Virus record (IMG/VR): IMGVR_UViG_3300034196_000019
Coordinates: 1-64,000 of that record
DNA: 64,000 bases
Origin: a virus
Strand: one strand, 5' to 3'
A model generated the notes under the pieces. The model made no database searches and was not told the origin of the DNA. It worked only from the letters and a program-made list of their open reading frames with translations. Of the stretch, positions 1 through 8,332 are shown piece by piece; the stretch's first letter is position 1; each line of letters begins with the position of its first letter. The position numbers were made by a program, and so were the translations under genes.

Positions 1-433
1 TACTACCAAAACGCTTGTTCCTAAACCGTAGGGCAATCTCATTGATTGCAAATCCATAACGGTTAAAGCTAGCCATTTGCTTGATATAAGACAGCCAGCT
101 TTGGTCCATATCATTCATCTGTTGCTCAAGGAACAAGGCTTTGTCTTTAAGCTGCTTTTCATATCCCTTTGGAATGCGTACTTTCCATTTAGCTTCTGCA
201 ATCTTTCCCTCAACAAACTCAAGAGAAGGATTAACAGAACTGTCTGTGCTCATTTCCTTAAATGTGTGATAAGCACGAGGCCAGCGTAATTCCTTCTGAC
301 AATCGTCCCACACTCTACCACCAAGGGTTACAAGTCCTGTATATCCTGTTTCTCCATACACCATTGCTGGGACTTTATTATCCCCCGTCTCTAGTTTGAG
401 GGGGATGGGTGCATCACCCGTACTTTCTGCCAT
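1..433 (-). CDS. Portal protein, 5' part (runs off window)
   Basis: Hand translation from ATG 433 (GGAGAGGAG RBS): MAESTGDAPIPLKLETG...ELRWPRAYHTFKEMSTD...YGFAINEI. Lies directly downstream of terL. Confidence 0.8.
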   Translation of the reverse strand, partial: MAESTGDAPIPLKLETGDNKVPAMVYGETGYTGLVTLGGRVWDDCQKELRWPRAYHTFKEMSTDSSVNPSLEFVEGKIAEAKWKVRIPKGYEKQLKDKALFLEQQMNDMDQSWLSYIKQMASFNRYGFAINEIALRFRNKRFGS

Positions 434-442
434 CTCCTCTCC

Positions 443-1858
443 TTACCGTTCAAATGGGGTACGTACTGTCAGATTAACAGACGTTAATCCAGCGGCCATG
501 TTTGGAATATTTACTCTTGATGCTAAGATTGAAATGCAGTCTGAACAACTATCCACTATGTCGTCATGTCCCATCTCTCCGCCGCGTCTCTTACCTGTGA
601 AAGCCTCAAGTTCTCTGTAGACGAAGCTATTATCTCCATCAACTTTGTTTTCATAATCATAACCACAGCCCTTTAAGAATGAGATATGACCATTCATAGC
701 TAATGAAGAGAATGGACGGAACCTATCTAATTTACTTTGTGTAGTCTTAAGTGTACGTACTCTATATCCTTTCTCACTAATGCCTCTTGTAAGCAAACTT
801 GTTGCCACTTTAGCACTAGCTCCAGGGTCGAGAGGAATAAGAATCTCAGTATTAAATCCATCTCTCTGAGCATTCTCTAGAATGAACTTTTCCCAGTCTC
901 CATAAAGGATACGTGTACGCTGCACATCGTGTACAAAGTAATCACCATTCTTTAACTTACTAATCCTTGCACAAGCTGTATAGTCAGGGCTGGGGTTAGA
1001 TGAAGACTTTAGCGTACCAGCAAAGTCGTATGCTCTCACTGTACGCAAGATTTCATTAGCTGGAGGTTCTTCTGTAAGCTCTCTGCACCATTCTCTTTGG
1101 AAGTATGTAGAACCAGTCTCACGCGCTGTCCAATCCCCCAACAGAAGCCTACGTCGCTCTACATCAGGCAATGCCTCAAGGGATGCCTTGTAGTTTGGGT
1201 TGGATTTCATTAGTGTGGGGTTATCGCTGATATTTCCGAGAAGGACTTGAAATGAGATTGGTCTAACCTGATCTTCATGATCTTTATCTAATTCAGGCTT
1301 CTTATACTTCTCGTAGAGTTCCTCCCAAGAGTCTCCCCAAACAAGATCACCTTGAATACGAAGCAGCCAGCGTGTTAACCCATTCTTCTCTGGGTCAGGT
1401 AGGCCATATTTCTCATGACCTTCTGGATATAACCACCACTTGACCCAATCAAACAAGAAGCTATCAGGGTCAGGGTTGCAGCTAACCCACATACAAGGCT
1501 CCATCTTTGCCTCTGTACGTAGTCGAGAGAATAACCACCAAAGGTGAGCTTCCTCAGCATGTGTACCTTCGTCATAAAATGCACTAGACATCTCAAGACC
1601 TTGATACAAATCACCAGCTCCATCATTCTCGTAGTGAGAGAAGCTAATAGACGCTCCACTTGGGAATACAATCTTCTGATCTTTAGTCTTACGCTCAACA
1701 GCATATCCAGCTTTCTGGTAAAGTCTCATAGCTTGTTCAAACAAACCACCAGCTTTCATAATTGCTGTACTGTTCTTACGAATACAAAACCCACGATAAT
1801 CTGGGTCATGTACAAATCTTAAATGTCTCATCAATCCAACGTAGCTTTTACTACTACC
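443..1858 (-). CDS. terL: Terminase large subunit, exon 2
   Basis: Begins GSSKSYVGLMRHL (second half of Walker A); Walker B FYDEGTH, coupling motif SCNPD, nuclease motifs RAYDFA and HDDIVD. Confidence 0.93.
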   Translation of the reverse strand, partial: GSSKSYVGLMRHLRFVHDPDYRGFCIRKNSTAIMKAGGLFEQAMRLYQKAGYAVERKTKDQKIVFPSGASISFSHYENDGAGDLYQGLEMSSAFYDEGTHAEEAHLWWLFSRLRTEAKMEPCMWVSCNPDPDSFLFDWVKWWLYPEGHEKYGLPDPEKNGLTRWLLRIQGDLVWGDSWEELYEKYKKPELDKDHEDQVRPISFQVLLGNISDNPTLMKSNPNYKASLEALPDVERRRLLLGDWTARETGSTYFQREWCRELTEEPPANEILRTVRAYDFAGTLKSSSNPSPDYTACARISKLKNGDYFVHDVQRTRILYGDWEKFILENAQRDGFNTEILIPLDPGASAKVATSLLTRGISEKGYRVRTLKTTQSKLDRFRPFSSLAMNGHISFLKGCGYDYENKVDGDNSFVYRELEAFTGKRRGGEMGHDDIVDSCSDCISILASRVNIPNMAAGLTSVNLTVRTPFER

Positions 1859-2110
1859 CTAACTAATTTGACGGACGCTACCCCGTTTCCAATCTTTCGA
1901 TTGTAATTGGACCATCTCTTGAATACACCTGAATGTATTCCCTCCTGTTTCGAATGCGCTTGCATCCTACTTTACTCGCTTCCACATTACTGTGTGCTTT
2001 CAATGGCCTCTGCTCGTTCCCATAAGGGCTTCGATCAGGATTGACATAGGACAGCTACTATCCCTTAGTTTTCCCTGAGTTAAAGAGGTTTAACGTGACC
2101 AGTATTGTTT
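1859..2110 (-). mobile_element. Group I intron (IA2-like, no ORF) in terL
   Basis: 5' exon ends in U (GCU) and intron ends in G. P4 CUCAGGG/UCCUGA, P3 CCUCUU/AGGAGG, P7 GGCCAU/AUGGUC, J8/7 AAGAG, P8 GAAUACA/UGUAUUC, P9 CAAUC-GAAA-GAUUG. Removal restores in-frame GGAAGSSKS. Confidence 0.92.
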
Positions 2111-2203
2111 AGCCGCGCCACCGACGATAAGAATCTTCGCGTTGGATTTTAAATACTTCTCTTGGAATGGAGACTGAGGACGAACAATATTGTCGTCTGA
2201 CAT
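2111..2203 (-). CDS. terL: Terminase large subunit, exon 1 (31 aa)
   Basis: AAGGAG RBS then MSDDNIVRPQSPFQEKYLKSNAKILIVGGAA (Q motif plus first half of Walker A). Confidence 0.92.
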
Positions 2204-2336
2204 TTTATCTCCTTATAACGTCGAGGGAAGTGCTACCATAACAAGTAAATGTTATATTATATAGTCTCCCTCTATTGATATTCACAGTTTAATACATTAT
2301 CTCTAATAAGTCAATAGCTTGACAGACAAGGCTAAA

Positions 2337-2747
2337 TTAGAAGTTGAGGTATTGGCTTGTCAGCTTATTGCGATCCCTGCCTGTTTGATCTGTTACACGC
2401 TTTACCTCTGCCTTAAAGTCATCCCAAGATAGAGCTTCCAATTCTTCTTTACTCATCTTTTCTTTGGCCACTTCAAGACTAAAGCCACCTTTGACTACTG
2501 GAATCTCTACAGCTCCTGGTAGCACCTCTACACCACCTTCACTCATATTGAATACACGAATGCTGGCGTTAGCTACGTCAGGGGCCTTGTCAGCTTCAAG
2601 CTCCATATACACAGTGTGAGGGAAGCTCATTTTAGGGAGTTGGCTTTCTTTCTTGGTAGCACCAAGATTAGCTAGCTTGATAATATTTTCAATGAAGTTA
2701 AAACCAATTGGATCACTACCTTTTACTACGAATTCATACAATGCCAC
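2337..2747 (-). CDS. Hypothetical protein
   Basis: 136-aa ORF, AGGAG RBS, GTG start. Confidence 0.75.
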   Translation of the reverse strand: MALYEFVVKGSDPIGFNFIENIIKLANLGATKKESQLPKMSFPHTVYMELEADKAPDVANASIRVFNMSEGGVEVLPGAVEIPVVKGGFSLEVAKEKMSKEELEALSWDDFKAEVKRVTDQTGRDRNKLTSQYLNF

Positions 2748-2759
2748 TTTATTTCTCCT

Positions 2760-2993
2760 TTAGATTTCGATTGTACCGTTAACAATATAACCTTGGTTGA
2801 TATACACTCGACCGTCAATCACTACAAATGGTTTGGGCTCTGATTCTTCGCCCTGATTACAAGCATCGCAATCACAGCCTTTATCATAAACAACTTCTTC
2901 AAGATTATCTACACGAGCTTGAAGGCTTGCAATAAGCTCAAGTACTTCATCACTAACATCAACATTTACTGTCACGTTACTAACTGTTGTCAA
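2760..2993 (-). CDS. Hypothetical protein, DUF1983-like C-terminus
   Basis: TTG start after AGGAG; ends KPFVVIDGRVYINQGYIVNGTI. Confidence 0.6.
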   Translation of the reverse strand: MTTVSNVTVNVDVSDEVLELIASLQARVDNLEEVVYDKGCDCDACNQGEESEPKPFVVIDGRVYINQGYIVNGTIEI

Positions 2994-3003
2994 TTCATAT
3001 CTC

Positions 3004-3435
3004 CTAGTGTTTAAGATTAGATTCAACCATATCCATACTAAAATTAGTAGGGACTGGCGGCTCAACTTGATTGTCTTTCACTTCATCAGCGCTCGCGGGA
3101 TCTTTCCCTTCAAGGTTGATAATAGCAAGTTCTTCTTTCAGGCAAGTATTATTGAAAGACTCAATAGCTTTGATTACAAACTTAGCTGTCTCAAGGCGAG
3201 TCTTATCAATTTGATCCTCTTCCTTTCCAGCAGGCTTAAGGCTTAGCTTGATAATCTCAATACAATCAGCTTGAAGACCATACAGGTGCGTGAGGGTTTG
3301 CCGCATACGAGAACGTCGCTTGAGGTTCTTCTTACCCGGAGTGCGTCCTTCTGGATTAGCTGATTCTCCAGCCTTCCAGTGTGTTTCTCTCTTATTAGGA
3401 AGAGGGCTTTCACCAACATCTTCTAGATCAGACAT
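3004..3435 (-). CDS. Putative terminase small subunit (DUF5681-like motif)
   Basis: WKAGESANPEGR motif; upstream of terL on the same strand; AAGGA RBS. Confidence 0.55.
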   Translation of the reverse strand: MSDLEDVGESPLPNKRETHWKAGESANPEGRTPGKKNLKRRSRMRQTLTHLYGLQADCIEIIKLSLKPAGKEEDQIDKTRLETAKFVIKAIESFNNTCLKEELAIINLEGKDPASADEVKDNQVEPPVPTNFSMDMVESNLKH

Positions 3436-3537
3436 ATTAGTTATTCCTTTATTCTTGTGTATATTGGCGAGTATAAGGCACTTGTCTATCATTTGTCAAG
3501 CTATGATAGGAAATAACTATTTGACTTTATTCTAGGC

Positions 3538-3563
3538 AAAGAAAAGCCCTCATACAGAGGGCT
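3538..3563 (-). terminator. Intrinsic terminator
   Basis: AGCCCTC-TGTAT-GAGGGCT followed by TTTCTTT. Confidence 0.8.
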
Positions 3564-3567
3564 AATT

Positions 3568-4725
3568 TTATCTAGATAGCAATGCGGTTAGATTGTAGAC
3601 TTCGAACTCTCCGATACTAATGTAACTACCATTTCCGGCACCATTAACTTTCAGATAGAACTGTATTTGTTGAGTTGTCGCAGGCTTGATCTTGAACATC
3701 ATTCTCTGGGCAGGAAAACTAACAACAGACCCATTAATGTGGCTTACTTCAACACCGTCAACTCTAATAGTCAGAAACGTCTGTTGTGGGCTTAGTCCAG
3801 AATTAGTGTCTACAACACAGCTAACGAGAAGTTCATCATTAGCTTGCCACCCTGATGTGATTGTCTTATACAAGTAAGGGTTTCCTGTCGCTGATGTAGA
3901 TGTCAGTCTTGCCATCTTACCAACAAAGGGAGATAGTGCATCAACTAAAGAGCCGGAAGCTGTTCCAGCTAGAGCCCACCCATCAGGCACACCATCGGCA
4001 TTTGCATCAGTGAGCATTAGGCAATTCCCACCGGATATGCAGTATCCTGCAAGACCTGAACTATTACTTCTTGGGCTGAACTGGGTGACTGACTCTCCCT
4101 TTATAAGAGAAACCATATCGCTTTTAGCTGTTATAGCAGCAGCAAATGTTGGATGTACGCTGTCTGCTGTTAGTCCTACAATCCACTCACCTGTGGCTGT
4201 TGAAATAACATTCTTCCACGGATCATATATACTTATATTGTATTTTGCAGCCAAAGCTTGTTCTACTGCTATATATGTTGTTACTTGGGCAGCTTTCGTT
4301 GTAAGCGGTGCAGATGTAACAAGGATCGGTGTGATACCTCTGCCTAGAATATTGATAATAATAGCTTCCATATTCTGTCTATGGGTAGTCACGGAAACAG
4401 CATTCAGTCCGTCATTACTTCCCTCCATAATAAAGCATACATCAGAATCTGACGGTACATCTGTATTAACGCGGGCTAACATCATAGCGCTAGTATTTCC
4501 AGCAACACCTCCATTCCTAATCCATGTCATTCTTGGACCAGAAGATAAAATAGCTTGATCAATGAAGGAGATACCACTAACTCCAGCAAAAATAGAATTA
4601 CCTAGTGTGCTAGCTCTGAGAGGAATTCCATTACTTCTTTGAATCAGCCTATTTTGTCCTTGATTCCTCCCATATCTAAAGTCTGCTTGGTTCTTTGTTA
4701 AGGCAGGCGCATCCAATATACTCAT
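3568..4725 (-). CDS. SGNH/GDSL esterase with C-terminal beta-sandwich
   Basis: Blocks GNS, GVAG, EGSND and DSVHP. Confidence 0.8.
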   Translation of the reverse strand: MSILDAPALTKNQADFRYGRNQGQNRLIQRSNGIPLRASTLGNSIFAGVSGISFIDQAILSSGPRMTWIRNGGVAGNTSAMMLARVNTDVPSDSDVCFIMEGSNDGLNAVSVTTHRQNMEAIIINILGRGITPILVTSAPLTTKAAQVTTYIAVEQALAAKYNISIYDPWKNVISTATGEWIVGLTADSVHPTFAAAITAKSDMVSLIKGESVTQFSPRSNSSGLAGYCISGGNCLMLTDANADGVPDGWALAGTASGSLVDALSPFVGKMARLTSTSATGNPYLYKTITSGWQANDELLVSCVVDTNSGLSPQQTFLTIRVDGVEVSHINGSVVSFPAQRMMFKIKPATTQQIQFYLKVNGAGNGSYISIGEFEVYNLTALLSR

Positions 4726-4732
4726 ATTTCTC

Positions 4733-5101
4733 CTAGACCACTGTAATTTCAGGTTGGGATGTTACAGCTCCGTTTAAGTCTCTTGATACTAATGGTTGAG
4801 TAATGGTTTTAACTGGGGAGGAGATGTATGTTGCATGCCATGAATCAATGGCACCTGGGTAAGTACTACTTGCAACATCAGTTGTAAATACCCCAGGTGT
4901 TCCATCGGGCCATGTAATATTTGCAGAAACAATTGCTCCATTAACGTCTCTTACTGAACTATTCAATCTGAAAAGGCTACCATATGCCCAAGATAGAATA
5001 TCTTTATTTATTGAACTTTGCTGTGAATCGAATGCACCTAATTTTACAGCCTGTAAAACACCGAGCTTAGCTACTACTTCATATAATTCTTCTTTATTCA
5101 T
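4733..5101 (-). CDS. Hypothetical protein (possible virion adaptor)
   Basis: GGAGG RBS; beta-rich; RDVNGAI/RDLNGAV internal repeat. Confidence 0.7.
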   Translation of the reverse strand: MNKEELYEVVAKLGVLQAVKLGAFDSQQSSINKDILSWAYGSLFRLNSSVRDVNGAIVSANITWPDGTPGVFTTDVASSTYPGAIDSWHATYISSPVKTITQPLVSRDLNGAVTSQPEITVV

Positions 5102-5174
5102 AATACCTCCAATATTTTAATAATATTAGCATTATTGTTTTCGCTAAGTCAATAAATGTTATAAAATGTCAGGC

Positions 5175-5202
5175 AAAGAAAAGCCCTCCAGCAAGGAGGG
5201 CT
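5175..5202 (-). terminator. Intrinsic terminator
   Basis: AGCCCTCC-TTGCT-GGAGGGCT followed by TTTCTTT. Confidence 0.8.
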
Positions 5203-5215
5203 AAATAGGCTGATT

Positions 5216-5506
5216 TTAATCTTTTGGTTTATTCTCAGCCTTTGCTTTATCGACTACAGACTGTAGGTATCTGGCGAATTTATTAGCCATTCCCACAAAA
5301 GGATTACCATCTTCCGTTAAAATAAAGGATCGATAAGCTGTCATAAAGATATACTCATCCTCTGTCAAGTCATCGAAAATATATTTCTTAGGAGTTTGGC
5401 TGGTCTGAGCGAGAACCTTTTGTACAGAAGGGTGATTGATAATAGCACCAAGCTGTCCAGTCTGTTCTAGTTGGTGTACGATCAAACCAATGTAGTCAGC
5501 ATTCAT
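5216..5506 (-). CDS. Hypothetical protein
   Basis: 96-aa ORF, coupled by TAATG to an upstream 36-aa ORF (5506-5616). Confidence 0.7.
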   Translation of the reverse strand: MNADYIGLIVHQLEQTGQLGAIINHPSVQKVLAQTSQTPKKYIFDDLTEDEYIFMTAYRSFILTEDGNPFVGMANKFARYLQSVVDKAKAENKPKD

Positions 5507-5645
5507 TATTTTTCCTTTTTATATTTAGAAAGAAAAGCCATCTCGTCAGAAATGTCGTGAAGCAGCTCAGCTAGTGCAGCTTTTACTTGATCCTCAAACT
5601 CAGCTACTTCCTTCATTATTTCTCTTATAGCGTTGGCTATACTAT

Positions 5646-6668
5646 TTAAGTTCTGACGTTCACCGGGTTTGCAGTTTGTGCTCCAGTCGTTGTTGCACCG
5701 CTGTTCCCTACAATTAAATTACTATTAGTAGCTACAGCATTTTGCAAGTTACCCATAAGACCAAAAATACCATTCAACAGAATGGTTTGTTGCTGTTGTT
5801 GGGCTTGGGTCTGCATTTGTTGGGCATTTGCGGTGTTAGTGTTTGTAATGGTAATTTCAGTCTCGCGTGCGCGATTAGTGAGGCGATCTTCAAGAGCAGC
5901 AGATTGTGCAACGGTCAATTGACGTTGCAGCTCACTAATAGCATTAGATGTAATCAGTGCACGAGTTTTCTCGCCATCATCTTTAACGATAGTAGCAATA
6001 GAAAACTGAGCGTCTTTAGTGGCATTCAGATTAGCTACACCGTAGGCAGCCACACTTTCCTTAATAGAAGTCTGACTTGCGAGAGAGGCCGCAATTGCAT
6101 CACTTACGTTTTTGTTAATCAGCGATTGGCCATTGATAGTAGCCATAGTGCCAAGGTTGATCTGGTTAACTACAGCAGCCTGAGCCTGGGCTAGAGCTAA
6201 CTGAGATTGCCCTTCGGCAAGGGGAATAGATGCTTTAATATCACCAAGGCTCTGCATCACAGTCGTATTTTGCAGAGCATCGGTAACACCAACTAAACTA
6301 GCCGACAACATAGCAGGGGTGACTCCTACAGCAGCTTCAGCGACAGCACCATTCCCCAAGAGACCCCCACGATTGCCTAGCAATGCTCCACCAAGAATAC
6401 CACCCAAGAGGCCAGCTCCCAGACCTGCCCCGGCTCCAGCACCTACGCCAGCGCCATCATTACGATTACCACCAGCCAGCATTGCTGCGATAAGACCCGA
6501 ACTATCTTCCATCTCTGTTTCCTCTTTATTATAATTATTGTAATACTTCATATCTTTTGCAATATGCTCTTTCACTGTCTCTTTTAGTCCATCCACCTTA
6601 TCGCCTAGCTTAAGGAGATGTTCTTGGACACTAGAAAGGGCAGAACCATCTAACATTTCGTCTGCCAT
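5646..6668 (-). CDS. Glycine-zipper / coiled-coil / Gln-rich protein
   Basis: GAGLGAGLLGGILGGALLG segment, DGEKTRALI motif, poly-Q tract. RBS-preceded in-frame ATGs at 6668 and 6512. Confidence 0.75.
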   Translation of the reverse strand: MADEMLDGSALSSVQEHLLKLGDKVDGLKETVKEHIAKDMKYYNNYNKEETEMEDSSGLIAAMLAGGNRNDGAGVGAGAGAGLGAGLLGGILGGALLGNRGGLLGNGAVAEAAVGVTPAMLSASLVGVTDALQNTTVMQSLGDIKASIPLAEGQSQLALAQAQAAVVNQINLGTMATINGQSLINKNVSDAIAASLASQTSIKESVAAYGVANLNATKDAQFSIATIVKDDGEKTRALITSNAISELQRQLTVAQSAALEDRLTNRARETEITITNTNTANAQQMQTQAQQQQQTILLNGIFGLMGNLQNAVATNSNLIVGNSGATTTGAQTANPVNVRT

Positions 6669-6840
6669 ATTATTTCCTACAGATAGCTGGAAAACGTCCA
6701 GCAAGCGTCTACGCCAATATCAGCGTAAATTCTTGGAGACTTTATTGATGCGTAATGTTTGGGAGATACATAGAAAGGACTTCTATGTCTTTAGAATAGA
6801 AAACCCTTGCATTGCACAAGGGCTGTTGCCGACAACTCTT

Positions 6841-7116
6841 TTAGATTTGGCCCGCTGCACGTTGAGAGGCCAATACTGCATTAATCTTTGATACGATGGC
6901 TGTGATAGAAGTTTGTGCTGTAGCAATATCTGTCACCGCCTGAGCTGGAATATCGGCTACTGCGGCTGCTTTCTTAACAGTGCCAAGTACGGAAGTAGTG
7001 GCTGCTGGTGTAGGAGTACCAGAAAAGAGAGCATCGAGATTGCCCTGTCTAGCGCTTCCAAGTGTTCCTAGTTTAGATAAGCTATCTACAAGCTGATCAC
7101 GGGTTGTTACTGCCAT
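6841..7116 (-). CDS. Head fibre-like protein
   Basis: ATTSVLGTVKKAAAVAD...KINAVLASQRAAGQI pattern typical of phage head fibre proteins. Confidence 0.65.
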   Translation of the reverse strand: MAVTTRDQLVDSLSKLGTLGSARQGNLDALFSGTPTPAATTSVLGTVKKAAAVADIPAQAVTDIATAQTSITAIVSKINAVLASQRAAGQI

Positions 7117-7149
7117 TGTTAGCTTTCTCCTAGTGGATTATTGTTTTAG

Positions 7150-7435
7150 TAAGAATTCGTTGCTCCCACGTACACAAATGGAAGGCTTTAAACTATCGTC
7201 ATAATTCTTTCAGTGGCTTTTAGCCAATTAGACAATCTTCGTCAAGACTGAATGTGTTCTTTGAATTCTGTGGCTGCTACTTTTCGATTGCGCGACAGCG
7301 AACGCCCAATGAATATTGCTACATGTTGCTTCCCAGCAATATACACTTCCGAAGAAGCGAGATAGGACCACCTCCTAAGACTACCATGAGATGTCATGGC
7401 TTCAGGGAGTTGCAATATCAGCCGCATGTGGCGGT
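7150..7435 (-). ncRNA. Candidate multi-branched structured RNA downstream of tRNAs
   Basis: Closing helix GGCUG-A-UAUU/AGUA-G-CAGCC enclosing several hairpins, including C-UUCG-G; second domain closed by AGAAUUC/GAAUUCU; no credible ORF. Confidence 0.5.
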
Positions 7436-7449
7436 CACTTGTCTTTTAT

Positions 7450-7524
7450 CATTCATGGTTGGATTTGAACCAACGGCCGTGGAGGTAGAAACTCCATGCT
7501 CTATCCAGACTGAGCTACATGAAT
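7450..7524 (-). tRNA. tRNA-Arg(TCT)
   Basis: ATTCATG/CATGAAT acceptor, TGGAG-TTTCTAC-CTCCA anticodon arm, GGTTCAAATCC T arm; CCA not encoded. Confidence 0.9.
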
Positions 7525-7527
7525 ATT

Positions 7528-7602
7528 TGGCGAATCAGCTAGGACTTGAACCCAGACTACAAGGCTTTGGAGGCCTGCGTGCTGCCATTACACTACTGAG
7601 AC
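7528..7602 (-). tRNA. tRNA-Trp(CCA), atypical
   Basis: CAGGC-CTCCAAA-GCCTT arm, GGTTCAAGTCC, G73 and CCA. Mismatches at 2-71, 3-70 and 27-43. Confidence 0.8.
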
Positions 7603-7608
7603 GTTGTT

Positions 7609-7685
7609 TGGAGCAGCTATTCAAATTCGAATTGAAACTTGATCGGTGGAAGCGACCCGTGCTAACCGTTAAACACTATAGCTGC
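7609..7685 (-). tRNA. tRNA-Gly(TCC)
   Basis: GCAGCTA/TAGCTGC acceptor, GGTCG-CTTCCAC-CGATC arm, U73 and CCA. Confidence 0.88.
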
Positions 7686-7854
7686 AAATAAGATACCATC
7701 TCCAATGGAGGACAAATCACTCTCTTTTGAAGATGGTAGCAACACACTTCATATTGTCTGTAGTCTAGAGGAGAAGCTATTCTACAACGCGTCAATGAAG
7801 CGTAATGCTTGTTGAAATTGTTGGGAGAATATTGTTTCTCTCCCGTATATGCAC

Positions 7855-7883
7855 ATTATAGCAAATCATACTTTAGGTGTAAA
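7855..7883 (-). promoter_or_regulatory. Sigma70 promoter for tRNA/ncRNA operon
   Basis: TTTACA, 17-bp spacer ending TGC, TATAAT. Confidence 0.8.
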
Positions 7884-7931
7884 GAGCCAATGTCTTAATA
7901 AAAATAATTTAGTTCTTGACACTAATATTTG

Positions 7932-8144
7932 CTAGATATCTGGTCTTACATCATCCATACTTTTAATACTCCTCAGATGAACACTGAACAGATCATCGTA
8001 TTTCTCCTCGACAGACTTTTCTACAATGTCATTATAGCATGGAGGAAATATGCTGACAATAATCTTTTTCATTGTAGATTTTGCTGCCTGGTAAAACATC
8101 TCCTGGCACTTCTCCATGGCTAGCGGATCAAGATCAACATACAT
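7932..8144 (-). CDS. Hypothetical protein
   Basis: 70-aa ORF with AGGAG RBS, coupled to the upstream ORF. Confidence 0.6.
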   Translation of the reverse strand: MYVDLDPLAMEKCQEMFYQAAKSTMKKIIVSIFPPCYNDIVEKSVEEKYDDLFSVHLRSIKSMDDVRPDI

Positions 8145-8332
8145 TAGCCATCACTCCTATGATTCTTAAATCGGCTATTTTTCTGGGTCAATGATTCGTG
8201 ACTATATTCCCAACGCCAAGGTCGGCTGTCATCGGGTAGCTCCTCAAATTCACTGTCCACTGGATTGCTCAAGTATTCCTCCTCCATAATCTTAGTCAGA
8301 AGGTCTTTATATTCCTCGGTATCTTGTTTCAC
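8144..8332 (-). CDS. Hypothetical protein
   Basis: GTG start after AGGAG (shorter than the ORF-track call). Confidence 0.55.
   Translation of the reverse strand: MKQDTEEYKDLLTKIMEEEYLSNPVDSEFEELPDDSRPWRWEYSHESLTQKNSRFKNHRSDG

Noticed and set aside
4010-6534. Plus-strand ORFs 4010-4558, 5742-6194, 6319-6534 and similar shadow ORFs elsewhere
   Set aside because: Antisense to well-supported genes, with no RBS or recognisable motifs.
7150-7435. tmRNA
   Set aside because: No tRNA-like ends with T-loop/CCA and no tag ORF ending in AA.
7242-7691. ORFs 7254-7691 (+) and 7242-7427 (-)
   Set aside because: They overlap the tRNAs and the structured RNA candidate and lack RBSs.
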